Assembly: GCA_050273025.1 (NCBI GenBank)
Contig: CP158635.1
Span: 33,356,001-33,420,000, forward strand
Length of the DNA stretch: 64,000 nt
Origin: Cenococcum geophilum
Lineage: Eukaryota
Direction of reading: 5' to 3'
Shown here: in pieces, positions 22,061-35,759 of the stretch
Layout: every line of letters starts with the position of its first letter
How positions within the stretch are numbered: the stretch's first letter is position 1
Notes under the pieces: model-generated
What the model was told of the DNA's origin: nothing
Seen by the model: only the letters and a program-made list of their open reading frames with translations
Database searches by the model: none
Program-made: the position numbers and the translations under genes

Positions 22061-25000
22061 ATAGAGAATCTAATCCATCTACTAGAATACCAAATTATCG
22101 TCTATACCGCTCCTAATTATTAATATATAGTATAGCCTTCTAAAGTCCGCTAATATTTTAGTAGTATCTACCACTAGCTAGATAAAGTTAAACTCTAAGA
22201 ACTAGTATACCTTATCTAAGCCTTAAACTAACTTGTCCGTAAACCTAATAAGTTACTAAATCTCTAAACCCTTAAGTAACCTGTCCCTTACCTAAATATA
22301 TATTATAACGGGCTTCTTTACTAGCTTATACTGGAAATCTGCTAATATATATATAAAAGTACGAAGAAAATGGCTATACACTGCTGAGATTAATACTTAT
22401 GGAAGAAATACGCGTATAAGGGCCGCCTAACTAATACTACCAGATAACTGACCAAACGGACTATACCTAATCCCTAGAAGCAAACCGCCTGTTAAAGGCT
22501 ATTCCTAAGCCGATACGGCTTAAGCTTCTTTACCGTTAATATAGCCGTAACTAATATAGAGGCGGACAACGTTGCTAAAGCCAGTAACTATAATTTCCTA
22601 GCATTTATACACGGTAGTCTTATTACCTATAATAAAAAGGAATAAGTGACAAACACCTATATAAACTGCCGAAATGTCTTTAAGATAAACCCCTAGGTGG
22701 AACGTACCGGGTAGTATAACTACCTTAACACCACTAAGTTAGAATTACTTTTGGCCTTAATTAATAAACCTAACCCGGATAATAAGTTAACCCTTACTAC
22801 GATATAGAACGCTATAGCTGAGCTTTACTAGACCTATAATAAAACTATAGCCTTAAAGGCTAGTATCTTTCTACGGACCGAAGCTATTTAGGATTAGGTA
22901 TACTAGGATTAATACCGACCCCTCTAATTATACTAAGGTAAGAAGCCCCCTAATAACTACTACAGACCATAGTAGATGGTGCTTATATTCTTTAGACGGA
23001 TATAGCCCGTAGTAGATAGAGTTAGCCCTAAATATATACTTAATAACCGATAAAAGCATGCCTAGTTAGCGCTACTACGTACCATAGAGTGTAGTACTAA
23101 TACCCCTACTAGGTTATACGAGGGCGATATACTTAGCCCCTTAGCTAAGGCTTGCCTAGTGTTTTATCTTTTACTTCTAAACTAAAGAGTACGCAGTACC
23201 GAGTATAAGAGTCCCTTGGTATATATATTAGCCCTATAGGGTATAATAGTAGTAGGGTAGAAGGAGTGCGGCGTATATACTAAGACACTATCGGCTATAA
23301 TAAAGCTTAGTTAGTTTATAGTTATATAAGCTGCCCTAATTACTAACGTAGACGCCGTCTATAGTAATGCCTACTAAGACATACTAGAGGGAAGATGCCT
23401 AGAGTCGTTAACTAAGATAATGGATAAGTTTATAGTGCGAGGGACTAAGGGACTGATGTAGTAGATGCTAGACCTTTAAACCTACGGCCTAAAGGTGCAC
23501 TTTAAAGCAATAATTAAGGGTAAGGTGGAATAGGTTAACGACAAGCTACTTTATAAAACTATTCGTTTTACAATACCTAAGTTTTATAGTTTTATCTATA
23601 GCCTTATTAAAGACGTAGAACGTTTAGTCTACTAAGACCTACTATTTAATAAACGACGTACTAGTACCCTAACCGTACAGATTGAAGCCCTTTAGGACAA
23701 CCCTAGTAACTCCATTCCTGGTTAGAACTTTCTTTAAGACCCCTATAATAAGTATATTTTCTATACCTAGGACTAGCTTATAAACTATATTGCGCTAGAT
23801 AAATAGCGCTAGGCTATATTTAAACTCTAAGGCCTAGAAGGTAAACTAAATAAGTCCGGTATTAAAACCTACCTTAACTAAGTTAAAGCGCTTTTATATA
23901 AGCTTCTAGTGCTTATATATATCATAGGGGGCTAGCCTATAAGAGGCACCGAAATATTAAATATACGCTATAGCAATACCGTTGTAGGCAAATATTAAAA
24001 CATTTTCATTATCTATGGTATAGTTATATTCATACCTTAATACTCTAAGGGCTCCCGCCATACTAGACGGTCTAAGGTTATTTACCAATTTATACCTAGC
24101 AAGGTTAGGAGATTAGTTATTCTATACCTCTAGCTTATATTACTATTTTAGCGCGCGCTAGAGTAGATGCTCTGGCCGAAGAATACTATATTATATAAAA
24201 TGTAGCCGCCTAACGCGTAAGGCACTAAATAGAACTCCGGCCGCTTTACCTATACCCTTTAATAAGAAATAGAGGCTGGCCTAGGATATAGGCTTAATAT
24301 CTAAACATACTACTAGGTTGCGATTACTATTGGTCAAAAGTACCTAAAGACTTAGTCTGCCTTTATTAAGAGTAGTAATAATAGTAGCTTAGAAAAGAAT
24401 AAGCTAGGATTTTTCGATATAATATATAAAGAGTAGGTAGGCTATACGGCCTAGATAGGCGAGACTGTATATACGCGTCTTATAGGAGAGTTAGTTAGAA
24501 CTACCATAAGCAAAAGGTAATAATTCTAAAGATTAAGTACCGAGTGGCACGCCTTCCTAGCCTTTCTTCTATATAGCGCTGTAAACACTTTCTCTAAATC
24601 CCAAAAGCACGTTATACCTATAGATTTAACCAGTAACGCTAAGTGGATAAGATAGCGCGGCTTAAGAACCGTTAACGCTATAATATAGTTAAAAGCTATA
24701 TACGGAGAGTAAGCTAAATTTTAGGGTGCGTAATAGATCGGTATCCACGCAATCTTACGTAGGGAAAGTTTAGTAGTTATTATTATGCTAATAGGCGGTG
24801 GTAAGAGTCTAATATTTATATTGCCGGCCGCTTATAACAATACAGGCCTTACTATTATTATTATTCCGCTACTCTCTCTCTAATAGGATTTTCTGCGAAG
24901 ATATAAGTTAGCTAGGCTATAGGCCGTAGTATAGGATAGGCGCAGCCCTACTAACACAGTATTAATAGTATTTATAACGCCTAAGGCGGTTAAAGTAGAT

Positions 25001-26500
25001 AGCTTTTAAATATTTATAAATAGAATATAAGTTACAGGCCGCCTAGCACGAATTGTAATCAATAAATACTATACCATACTAGACGGGAGTAGTAAGTTCC
25101 GCGCGCCTTTGCAACGCCTAGGTCGTCTAGTAGCTATATAAATATAGATAGTGCTCCTAATAGCTACTCTCCCCCTAACAGAAGAGTAGCGGCTTTAGCG
25201 TAAGATACACTTTACTACTAAGAGTATTAAGTTAATTAGGGCGCCTACTACCAGACGCAATATATATTACGCTATTATTAATATAAATAAGGAGCCGGTA
25301 TAGAGCCTAACTATAGCCGCTATTAACTAAGCCGCTTAAGTTATTAGCCGCTATATTACGGGTCTACTAGAGCTATAGGGGAAAGCGATTATATACTGCT
25401 ATATAAGATAGATAACCGACAGTCTTAGTAAAAGCCTTTACTATACAGCCTATTATTCCGAATTAATTAACCAAGAGGATGTACTTAAGCGCTTTATTTC
25501 TAGTAATAACGGGATTATTATCACCACGAACTCGCTAGGTTTAGGCGTTAATATACTTAGTATAGACGTAGTGCTACACCTAGGAGCTCCGAGGTCGGTT
25601 AAAAACTACGCCTAAGAGAGCGGGAGAGTAGGCCGCGATAGAAGGGTAAGCTAGGCTATTATTTTTCTTAGTAATAGGCTTAATGCGCCTACAGATAGCG
25701 ATTAAGGCCGTAGGGTAGCTCTGCTAAACTATCTCTAAAGGGAAGCAGACGTTAAAACCTACCGTAGGGTAGTACTTAATAAATACCTAGACGGGAAAAT
25801 AGACGGGATACTGGTCTAAAACGGTTATACTAATAGTAAGGAGCTATATAACATCTACGCTGCCAAACGGCTAGACGGTTAAGAGTTAGATATACCTATT
25901 CTTTTAGACGCTAATAAGGCTAAGTTTACGATATAGGAAGCGCGGATAAGCGTTTAGCGATTAAAAGTAACCGCCTTAGTAAGGGCGGAATAGCTTACGC
26001 TAGAGTAGCTAAGATACTGTCTTATCTAGTGGACGATATACTGCCTAATATATATAGCCTAGGCTAGCGAAGCCTTATATAATATACGTACCTATACTAC
26101 GCCCTTAGTGGGTACCATTTAGGATACTACTAAGAGGTTATAATTAATATTACGCTTTACTAAGTTTAGCGGGTGTTATTACTATATAGTGCCTTAAGAG
26201 CTATATAACCGGTAGATAAAGGATCCTACCTAGGGCTGGAAATAAAGTAGAGTTAACTAATGCTAATACAGCGAGCTTGTGTTAAGCGTTATTCTAGGTA
26301 TAATAGTAGCTATAGGGGATATTAAATAGGCCTAGGTAGAGCGCTTACGGTAATATAGTACTAACTCTAAGGATATAAAGAGTATAGCAGCGTTCTTATC
26401 GGCAAAAGTAGACGCCGATTAATTAGAGGTTCTTAAATTATCGCTTAAGTTAGTGTAATTAACCTAAGTAGTAAAGCAACGCTAAGTTAAGGGATTGCTA
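22061..26500 (+). pseudogene. TLH-type fusion: DUF3505-like Zn domain + tyrosine-recombinase-like domain + RecQ-family DExH helicase + Zn-binding C-terminus
   Basis: De-RIPped IIVC...CQYAVWP and CQRLFPSRHGSSFF (22090-22540); LMHITGGQPARGTEIL (~23912-23960); YRQVAIAIGRKY (24308-24343); EQAGHT....TVYAR (24431-24478); Walker A MPTGGGKSL (~24785-24812); IVIDECH (~25052-25072); LLTATLP (~25153); YAQESGRAGRDG (~25607-25642); CRRVVLDEYLDG (~25758). Confidence 0.88.
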
Positions 26501-26519
26501 CCTTAATAAGGGTCTTAAA

Positions 26520-28340
26520 TGGTGTTATAGACGGTAGAGGTAAATAGCAATATAGATGGTAGATAGTAATTAAAATAGTTTTTTAAAAGCTTTTCTAAAA
26601 GTTACCCTAGCTAACGGCTTAACTATAGTACAATATTAATATATTTGCCCTAGTAATACAAGTGGTACAAATTAGTTCTAAAAATAAGGCCAAAACTAGT
26701 CTAAAATTTAAATTAAACCTTTAACATGGCTGCTTTGCCTAAGGATATAAAATATCACTATACTTACGTATCCGAGTTAGGTAATTCTTTTCCTTAATAA
26801 CGTTCTAAATTCGTTTTACTTAGCTATATACTAAGTTAGCTAATTTATAAAGGAGGAAATACTAGCCTTATAACTTTCCCTCCTTATTACAATAGATATA
26901 ATATATCTTATACGGTAGCTCCTAGATAGTTAGGGGGTTAGCTAAGTCTTTTTCTATATCTATAGTAATATAGAATAAGATTTAGTTCAGCTTTAGGGCT
27001 TAAAACGGCTTAATATAGGCGTAGTGTTTCCTAAATTCCAAACTATTAGTTAAACGTCCTATAAAAGCAAGATATACCTTAATGGCGTCAGTGTACTTAA
27101 AAGGGTCCCAACTAGTAAATTCGTTTACTTAAAGTCTAAGAATTATATATTTTAGCTAGTATTTAGCACTAAAGGGGTTTAACATTATAATATATAGATA
27201 AGGGGTGTTGGCCTTTAGTTATTTAGGATTTTTAGGTAGTTAGAAGTATAAGGAAATTGCTTAGCTATTAGAAGCGTCGGCCACTATATATACGCAGCCA
27301 CCTTATATACGTTATTACGGCCTAGTAAAACAGCAACTAATAAAAAACCTAGGTGGTAGTAGGATTAGTTCACCTATAGGACTAATAGATACTTGTTATA
27401 AATTAATAATAGGGTATTTATATAAGTATAAATAAACTAACTGTTGGTACGGGTTATATAACCTATTTGTTAGTACTATTATAAAAGTAGTCTACGACTC
27501 TAGTTAAGGTTGTTAGGACTTAGCGAGGTAAGCTAATAGATTATAATAGAGGAATAATATAGAATATGGCACGACTACTATTACGCTTATAGAGTAACAA
27601 TTCTTCTTAGATGGTTTTTTAGCAAATATCGCATCTTACTTTACCCTTTAAGCCTATCTCCTAAGGTATTATAAGGTAGGAAGTATATTAATCATTGCCT
27701 TCTTATACCCTAGGCCTTGTAGACCTATAATACTACTATTATTTTAACCTAAACCTAAACCGGGCTACCTATTTATTAAGTCCTTAGTATTAAAGTTTTA
27801 TACATTATACCTAATCCTTAGTTATACCTATTGCTAAGTATATATCTAGATATAATTACTACAAATACTTAGAGCTTAGAGGAGATAGGCTATAATAAGG
27901 TGGACATAAACCAGCCAAGTCTTGGTCTTATATATTAAGGGCTTATAGAAGATCTTATATAGATCCACTTATAGGCACATAAATTTCTTAGTTAGGGCGT
28001 ATAAGAGCCACTAAATATCTAACATAATAATAGGGATAGAGATGGCTATAATCCTAGTAATAATAGCAATATTGCTTATATATTTTAAAGAGAATAAATT
28101 AAAGTAAGATCTAGGCGGCGTTAAAAAGGATAGTATAGCCTTAGTAGGGTATTTATAAGGACTGACTCCGCACTATATAAAAGGTTTATAGAGTTAGGCA
28201 TTACTACTACCCAACAAGGCGCTACCTTAGTAGTATTATACGACACTGGGCCATATAGCATTAGGGGTAGGGGAGTACTACTTATATAAAAAAATGTATA
28301 TAACGGGGGTGACAAAGGCGATATTTAGTGCTGAAGAGAA
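26520..28340 (-). repeat. Two-gene hypothetical cassette (A ~26620-27300 with a probable intron, B ~27590-28320), copy 1
   Basis: Homologous to 33680-35290, 35760-36430, 37190-37460 and 38450-39660. Minus-strand frames open on de-RIPping (e.g. RLRVNEFTGWDPSEHTDAIKAYLAF). Confidence 0.75.
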
Positions 28341-29398
28341 ATTCGTTTCACTAATCTCTACTATCCCTTCCGCTAGTCCTATAAGAGGCGGACCGTATGT
28401 GAACAATAAAATCAAAAGTACACGTATAGTCGCGGGGTCTCGATTATATTAATTCTATTAGCTAGCTCTTATTGATAATAGTAGGACGGGATATACTAGT
28501 GGAAGGGATAGCGTAACCTCTAGGGCGAGAAATATAAATGCTTTTGTAAACCTTTATTAAGTATTACAGCTTAAATAAATGCTTCTAAATCAAAGCTTAG
28601 ACGAATGCTGTATTACAAAAATACTAAGCTAAGGAGAAGGAAAGATGTAAAGAAATATATAGGCTAGTTACTAAGGCGCTAGCTAAGCCGAGGGATTGTT
28701 ACCTAGATAGTAGATAGTAAATTAAGGCAGTTTTTTAGAAGCCTTCCTAAAAGTCCTTATATTAGTAGCAGCGCAGCGCGCGTAGCTAAAGTAAGGAGGT
28801 TGGTAACGAGAAAAGTATTATATAAAGAGGCCGAATTGGTTAAATAAGGTGTCTAGAATTAGTTAGGATTAATATAATACGCCGGCGATTCTATACCGCC
28901 ATATGGCGAGTATAGGAGAAAAGGCCCTTTATATGTGCACTGCTATTAAAATTACCTTTATGGCGTTAGCGCGGATAACTAGGTTTTTAGACCTTAGTCG
29001 GCGCAGTCTTACCCCGCTAATATCCTTGTATAGGCCAACTGCCGCGATAGAATGTAATAAAATTAACTTCCTTAAATTTTAGTTACTTTCCTGTTTAAGT
29101 TACACTATTCTATCGCATATACTGTATTAAGATGTCTCCTCTTATATAACTACTCTTTAATAAGATATAAATGGATAACTTTAGCACTAATCCGGCTTGG
29201 GTAATACTTTAGATTTATATAACGGACCTGCCTGGATGCCTTTAAAACCGTCACAATACTCTTATAGATATATTCTGTTGTTAATTCCTTAACTAGCAAT
29301 ACTGTTATAAACTGCAGCTTTTAGCTTATACATCGGGAAAATATTCGCAGGATGAGATTCAAGTAGACTTTGGTTTTCGCGTTTCGCGTAATTAACAT

Positions 29399-29660
29399 GC
29401 AATTTGACCAACTCGACACGCAATTGACCAACTTGACACGCAATTAACCAACTTGACACATCTAAAAGTCAAATAACACGCAGTTAACCAACTTGACAAC
29501 TTTAAAAGTTAAATAACACGTAGTTGACCTACTTAATAGCTAACTGCATATTCCTTGACACGCAATTAACCTACTTGACATATTTAAAAGTTAAATAACA
29601 CGCAGTTAACCTACTTAACAACTTTAAAAGCTAACTGTATATTCCTTGACATGCAATTAA
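29399..29660. repeat. Tandem repeat, ~20-bp unit CAATTGACCAACTTGACACG with 40-bp derivatives
   Basis: Read directly from the sequence. Confidence 0.85.
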
Positions 29661-29717
29661 GGTAAAGTTATATGCTAATTACGCAAATGAATTTTTACAC
29701 AGTTTTATTACTTAGAG

Positions 29718-30620
29718 ACTCTGCATAAGGCTCTACACAAGGCTCTACACGAAGCTCTACACGAAGCTCTACACGAAGCTCTACACGAAGCTCTACACGA
29801 AGCTCTACGTACAGAGGCTCTGCACGAGGCTCTGCGCGAAGCTCTGCGTACGGAGGCTCTGCACGAAGCTCTGCACGAAGCTCTACACGAAGCTCTACGT
29901 ACAGAGGCTCTGCACGAGGCTCTGCGCGAAGCTCTGCCTACGGAGGCTCTGCACGAGGCTCTGCGCGAAGCTCTGCGTACGGAGGCTCTGCACGAAGCTC
30001 TACGTAGAGGCTCTGCACGAGGCTCTGCGCGAGGCTCTGCGTACGGAGGCTCTGCACGAAACTCTGCACGAAGCTCTACACGAAGCTCTACGTACAGAGG
30101 CTCTGCACGAGGCTCTGCGCGAAGCTCTGCCTACGGAGGCTCTGCACGAGGCTCTGCGCGAAGCTCTGCGTACGGAGGCTCTGCACGAAGCTCTACGTAG
30201 AGGCTCTGCACGAGGCTCTGCGCGAGGCTCTGCGTACGGAGGCTCTGCACGAAACTCTGCACGAAACTCTGCACGAAGCTCTACACGAAGCTCTACGTAC
30301 AGAGGCTCTGCACGAGGCTCTGCGCGAAGCTCTGCCTACGGAGGCTCTGCACGAGGCTCTGCGCGAAGCTCTGCGTACGGAGGCTCTGCACGAAGCTCTA
30401 CGTAGAGGCTCTGCACGAGGCTCTGCGCGAGGCTCTGCGTACGGAGGCTCTGCACGAAGCTCTGCACGAAGCTCTGCACGAAGCTCTACATACAGAGGCT
30501 CTGCACGAGGCTCTGCGCGAGGCTCTGCGTACGGAGGCTCTGCACGAAGCTCTGCACGAAGCTCTGCACGAGGCTCTGCGCGAAGCTCTGCGTACGGAGG
30601 CTCTACACGAAGCTCTGCAT
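29718..30620. repeat. GC-rich minisatellite of 12/13/15-bp units (GA[A/G]GCTCT[G/A]C[A/G]C) with a ~193-205-bp higher-order period
   Basis: The variant GCTCTGCCTACGG recurs at 29931, 30124 and 30329. Confidence 0.97.
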
Positions 30621-30744
30621 CGGGTCCCCGCTATATTCCCAATAGCGTCTACACGTGTCTCTGCCTATGTAGCCGCCTTATTTTTTACCCTTCCTTCCTT
30701 ACATCCTCCCTACCTAGGGAGGCACTAGAACGGCAGCCAGCAGA

Positions 30745-31335
30745 GGACCGTTGCTAGAACTAGATGACTATCGCTAGAACCAGACGACCGTCGCCAGAAC
30801 CAGACGACCGTTACCAAAACCAGACGACCGTCGCCAGAGCCAAACGACCGTCGCCAGAACCAGACAACCGTCGCCAGAGCCAAACGACCGTCGCCAGAGC
30901 TAAACAACCGTCGCCAGAACCAGACGACCGTCGTCAGAGCCAGACAACTATCGCCAGAGCCAGACAACTGTCGCTAGAACTAGACGACCGTCGCCGGAAC
31001 CAGACGACCGTTACCAGAACCAGACGACCGTCGCCAGAGCCAGACGACCGTCGCTAGAGCCAGACGACCGTCGCCAGAACCAGACGACCGTCTCCAGAGT
31101 CAGACGACTGTCGCCAAAACCAGACGACCGTCGCCAGAGCCAGACGACCGTCGCTAGAACCAGACAACCGTCGCTAGAACCAGACGACCGTCGCCAGAAC
31201 CAGACGACCGTTACCAGAGCCAGATGACCGTTACTAGAACCAGACGACCGTCGCCAGAACCAGACGACCATCGCTAGAACCAGACGACCGTCGCCAGAAC
31301 CAGACGACCGTCGCCAGAACCAGACGACAACGACT
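30745..31335. repeat. 20-bp tandem repeat CAGACGACCGTCGCCAGA[A/G]C, ~28-29 copies
   Basis: Exact 20-nt phase (three units per 60-nt line); each unit contains the palindrome CGAC-C-GTCG. Confidence 0.97.
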
Positions 31336-31384
31336 AGCCAGCGAACACTATAAACGATTCGATCGATTGATCGAATCAAGGTAA

Positions 31385-31850
31385 CACAGACAGGTAGGCA
31401 CAAACAGGGAGATGCTGACGGGTAGGCAGATGCAGATAGGTAAGCAGATATAGACAGGTAAGTAGATGCAGATAGGATAGGCAAGCAGATACAGACAGGT
31501 AGGCAGATGCTAACGGGTAGGCAGATATAGACAGGTAAATAGATATAAATAGGTAGGCGATGCAGACAGGTAGGCGATATAGACAGGTAGGCAATGCAGA
31601 TAGGTAGACAATATAGATAGGTAGGCAATGCAGGCAGGTAGGTAGATAGGTAGGTAGGCAATATAGACAGGTAGGCAATGCAGACAGATAGGCAATGCAG
31701 ATAGGTAGGCAATGCAGACAGGTAGGCAATATAGATAGGTAGGCGATGCAGGCAGGTAGGTAGATAGGCAGGTAGGTAATATAGACAGGTAGGCAATGTA
31801 GGCAGGTAAGTAGATAGGCAGGTAGATAAGTCAATAAGTAGATAGGTAGA
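31385..31850. repeat. Purine-rich degenerate repeat (GCAGACAGGTAGGCAAT ~17-bp and GGTA/GGCA tetramer units)
   Basis: Read directly from the sequence. Confidence 0.9.
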
Positions 31851-33679
31851 AGAGAACCATCGCTATATTATATTAAATTATCTAAAATAATATTTATTTT
31901 GCTAGCCTTATAAATAGCTTTAAAATAGCTTTTATTTATTTAAAATATGCTATTAGTATAAAAGAGGTAAATATAATTATAGTTGCCAAATGCGCAGATT
32001 GCTGGCAGGTTGCGCGCAGGTTGCGCGTAGGCTGCGCGCAGGTTACGTATCAAAAAAACACAACATAGGCTAGTCGGTCAAGTTGCCAAATGACCTCAAC
32101 TGCGCGCCAATTACGTCAACCACCAACCATTAAGGCCATTAAAAGGGTACCATATTTTGCCGATGTAACTATATATATATACTTCCGTATTTTAACACGG
32201 ACAAACCTATATAGAAGTGGTTTATTTTAGACCTTAACGTTTAAAGCCACCTAAGTAGAGACGAAGTGCTTTCTCTTCTATATATAGTATACTTAGTATC
32301 TTAGCAAGAAAACTAATAGTATATTAACCGGTTATTATATTTATCTATAATGGGCTAATATATTATAATAGGCTGTTTATCCCTTAAGAACGTTATATTA
32401 AGAAAGCAAAAGCGTACTACTATACTTTCTATTGGGGAGGGAGATAGGAGTAAGAATTAGTGGCGAAACTAAAACTCAATGTATTATAACAACGAAGATA
32501 AGTTTAAAAGTTCTTGGGCACGAATAGATAAGCAGCTAGTAGTAAGGGAGATTAGAATAGCTCTTAACTCTATTAATATAAACACTATAAAGTGTATTAA
32601 TATCTAATATTAATATAGGATATATTTATCCGTATCTCTGTAATTCTTGCCGTCGCCTTAAGCTAGAAGTTATATCCTCCTAGGAAGTTTTAGGTGGCGT
32701 CTCCCCTCAGCATTTAGGATAGTTAATGCTATTATCGTCTTCTTAAAGGATATGTTCGCGGTCTTATAGCGGAGGATAAAGAGGACCGCCTAGTGGGACA
32801 TTTGTGTATTTTATATAATGCTTAAATTAAAGCGGATCTTCTCCCCTTTATTCGTAGATGGCTGCGCAGCGAAATTAAGCGATAACGTCTTAATATATAC
32901 TGTATAATTTTAGCAAAATTTAAGTTATCGGAGAACTACTATTCTTACTTCAGAGGATTTAGAATACTAGAATTTATAAATTATTTATATAAGGTTGGCC
33001 TAGGAATATACTAAAAATATTTCCACCCTTAAATCTATCCTACTGGGTATCTAGCCGGGCGGTTAAAGGAATATCGCCTTTCTGCTAAAAGTATTAATAC
33101 GCCGGAATTTAGCAGCGCCAAATGCCTAATTTCGGCCACGACCTAACGCACTAACTCTTAGCCTTTCTCTTCTCTCTAGCTTATATGCTCTAGCCCCCTA
33201 AGATAGGGAATAAAAAGGAAAAAAGAATAAAGAAGAATAAAATTGCAATATAGAAGGCATTATAAGACGCTTTAAGAACGCGATATAAATCCATTTATAT
33301 ATAACCTCTCTCCTCTCCCCCCCCCAGCTATACTATATTGTCTTTTATCCCTACTTACAGATCTTTTTAACTATCTCCCTAATTCCGGCGTACTTATTTA
33401 CATATCTTGCAAATTAGGGGTGCTGCTAACTTACCTTAGAACCTACCTGCATATACATTATGTAGACTATATTAAGTATTTGCTAGATAGCAATATATAA
33501 AGCAATATTTAAAAAGCCTTTTAAGAAATGGTCCTAGTATATAACCTATAAAGTAAAGTTCCCTAAAAGTCTATAAGACGTAGGGGCTTAAGCGTTAAGT
33601 GTTATAAGAATAGGCTAGTAAATAGTACTACGGACCGCAAATAACAATAATATTCGCCACTATATTACTTTAGATGGTT

Positions 33680-35290
33680 AAGGCAGTTTTTTAGAAGCCT
33701 TCCTAAAAGTTCCCTTAGCTAACGGCCTAACCGTAGTATAATATTAATATATTACTTTGCCCCAGTAATATAAGCGGTTTAGATCGGTTATAAAAATAAG
33801 GCTAAAACCAGTCTAGAATTCGAATCGAACCTTTAATATTACTACTTTGCCTAAGGTAATAAAACATTAGTGTACTTGCGTATCCAAGTTAAGTAATTAT
33901 TTTCCTCAATAACGTTCTAAATTCGCTTTACTTGGCTATATACTAAGTTAGCTAATTTATAAAAGAGGGAGTACTAGCCTTATAACTTCCCCTCCTTATT
34001 ATAATAGACGCGATATATCTTATACAGTAGCTCCTAGATATTTAGGGAGTTGGCCGAGTCTGTCTCTATATCTATAGTAATATAGAATAAGGTTTAGTTT
34101 ACCTTTAGGGCTTAAAACGGCTTAATATAGGAGTAGTATTTCCTAAATTCTAAATTATTGGTTAAACGTCCTATAAAGGCAAGATATACCTTAATAGCGT
34201 TAGTGTACTCGGAAGGGTCCCGACCGGTAAATTCATTTACTTAAAGTCTGAGAATTACACGTTTTAGTTAGTGTTTAGCACTAGGGGGGTTTAATATTAT
34301 ATGGTGTATGGATTAGGGGTTAGCCTCTAGTTATTTGGGATTTTAAGTATAGGGAAATTGCTCGGCTATTAAAAGCTTCGGCCACCTTATATATATACAC
34401 TCTATAATAGCCTAGCCGAATAGCAACTAATAGGAGACTTAGGCGGTGGTAGGATTGGTTTATTTATAGGACTAATGGATACCTGTTACGAATTAATAAT
34501 AGGGTGTCTATATAAGTGCAAGTAACAATTCTTCTTAGACAGTTCCCTAGCAATTATCGCATCCTACTTTACCCTTTAAGCCTATCTCCTAAGGTGTTAT
34601 AAGGTAGGAGGTGCATTAATTATTATAATCGTATACTCTAGGCCTTATAAACCTATAATACTACTACTATTATAACCCTTACCTAAACCGGGCCAGCTAT
34701 TTATTAAGTCCTTAGCGCTAAAGTTATATACGTTATACTTAATCCTTAGTTATACCTATTACTAAGTATATATTTAGATATAATTACTACGAACCCTAAG
34801 AGCTTAAAGGAGTTAGGCCGGAATAAGGTAGATATAAACCGGCTAAGTCTTAGTCTTATATATTAAGGGCTTATAGAAGATCTTAAATAGATCCACTTGC
34901 AGGCATATAAAGGGTTCGGTTAGGGCGTATAAGAGCCACCGAACATCTAACGTAATTATAGGCATTTAGATGGTTATACCCTTAATAATAATAGCAACGT
35001 TACTTATATATTTTAAAGAGAATAAATTAGGGTAAGATTTAGGGGGTATTGAGAAGAATAGTAAGGTATTTATAAGAACTGACGCCGCACTATATAAAGG
35101 GTTTATAGAGTTAGGCATTGTTACTACCCAATAAGGCGCTACCTTAGTGGTATTATACGACACTAGGCCATATAGTATTGGGGGTAGGGGAGTACTACTT
35201 ACTTAAAAAAAATGTATATAATAGAGGTGATAAAGGCAATATTTAGTACTTAAGAGAAACTCGTTCTACTAATTTCTACTATAGCGTAAC
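33680..35290 (-). repeat. Two-gene cassette, copy 2
   Basis: Colinear with 26570-28370, with small indels. Confidence 0.85.
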
Positions 35291-35297
35291 CTTTAGG

Positions 35298-35436
35298 TGT
35301 TACGGTATTGGCAAATTGCGGCAGATTACGGCAGATTGCTATAGGTTACGGTTACGTGACTTAAAGATCGTATAAATCTTTAAGCGGTGCTGCTTATCCT
35401 CTCCTTTCCTTTTCCTTAACTTCGGATCTTCGTTAA
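35298..35436 (+). repeat. Truncated LTR related to the 45707/54427/61311 LTR family, in opposite orientation
   Basis: Starts TGTTACGG. The reverse complement reads GAAGATCCGAAGTTAAGGAAAAGGAAAGGAGAGGATAAGCAGC...GTCACGTAACCG...CCGTAACA, similar to 45783-45941. Confidence 0.7.
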
Positions 35437-35759
35437 TAAACCCTTCTAAGAAATAGTCTTCGTATACGACGTAATGCCTATAACTAATAGAAGGGTATAT
35501 ATAAAGTAAAGTTTCTAAAAGTCTACAAGGGCGTAGGACTAAGCGGGCAGTAAAAGCGAACGCTGATCAATTAGAGGTTCTCAGATTATTGCTTAAGTTA
35601 ATTTAGTTTACTAAAATAATTAAGCAACGCTGGGTAGGTCCTACATAATAGGTCTATATAGATTAGCTAAAGGATTTACTACCTTAATAAAGTTTTTTTT
35701 AAACGGTATTTAAAATAACAATATTTGCTACTACGTTAGTTTAGATAGTTAAGGTAGTG

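Noticed and set aside
19840..26500. Canonical Starship captain (DUF3435)
   Set aside because: The YR-like motifs are embedded in a DUF3505/RecQ fusion. I recognised no stand-alone captain or typical Starship auxiliary genes, though RIP limits sensitivity.
29718..31335. CRISPR-like appearance of the regular repeats
   Set aside because: There are no unique spacers and no cas genes, and the context is eukaryotic.
30725..31834. Five overlapping ORFs of 61-261 aa in the ORF track
   Set aside because: They are translations of 20-bp and ~17-bp tandem repeats, open in several frames on both strands, with no coding evidence.
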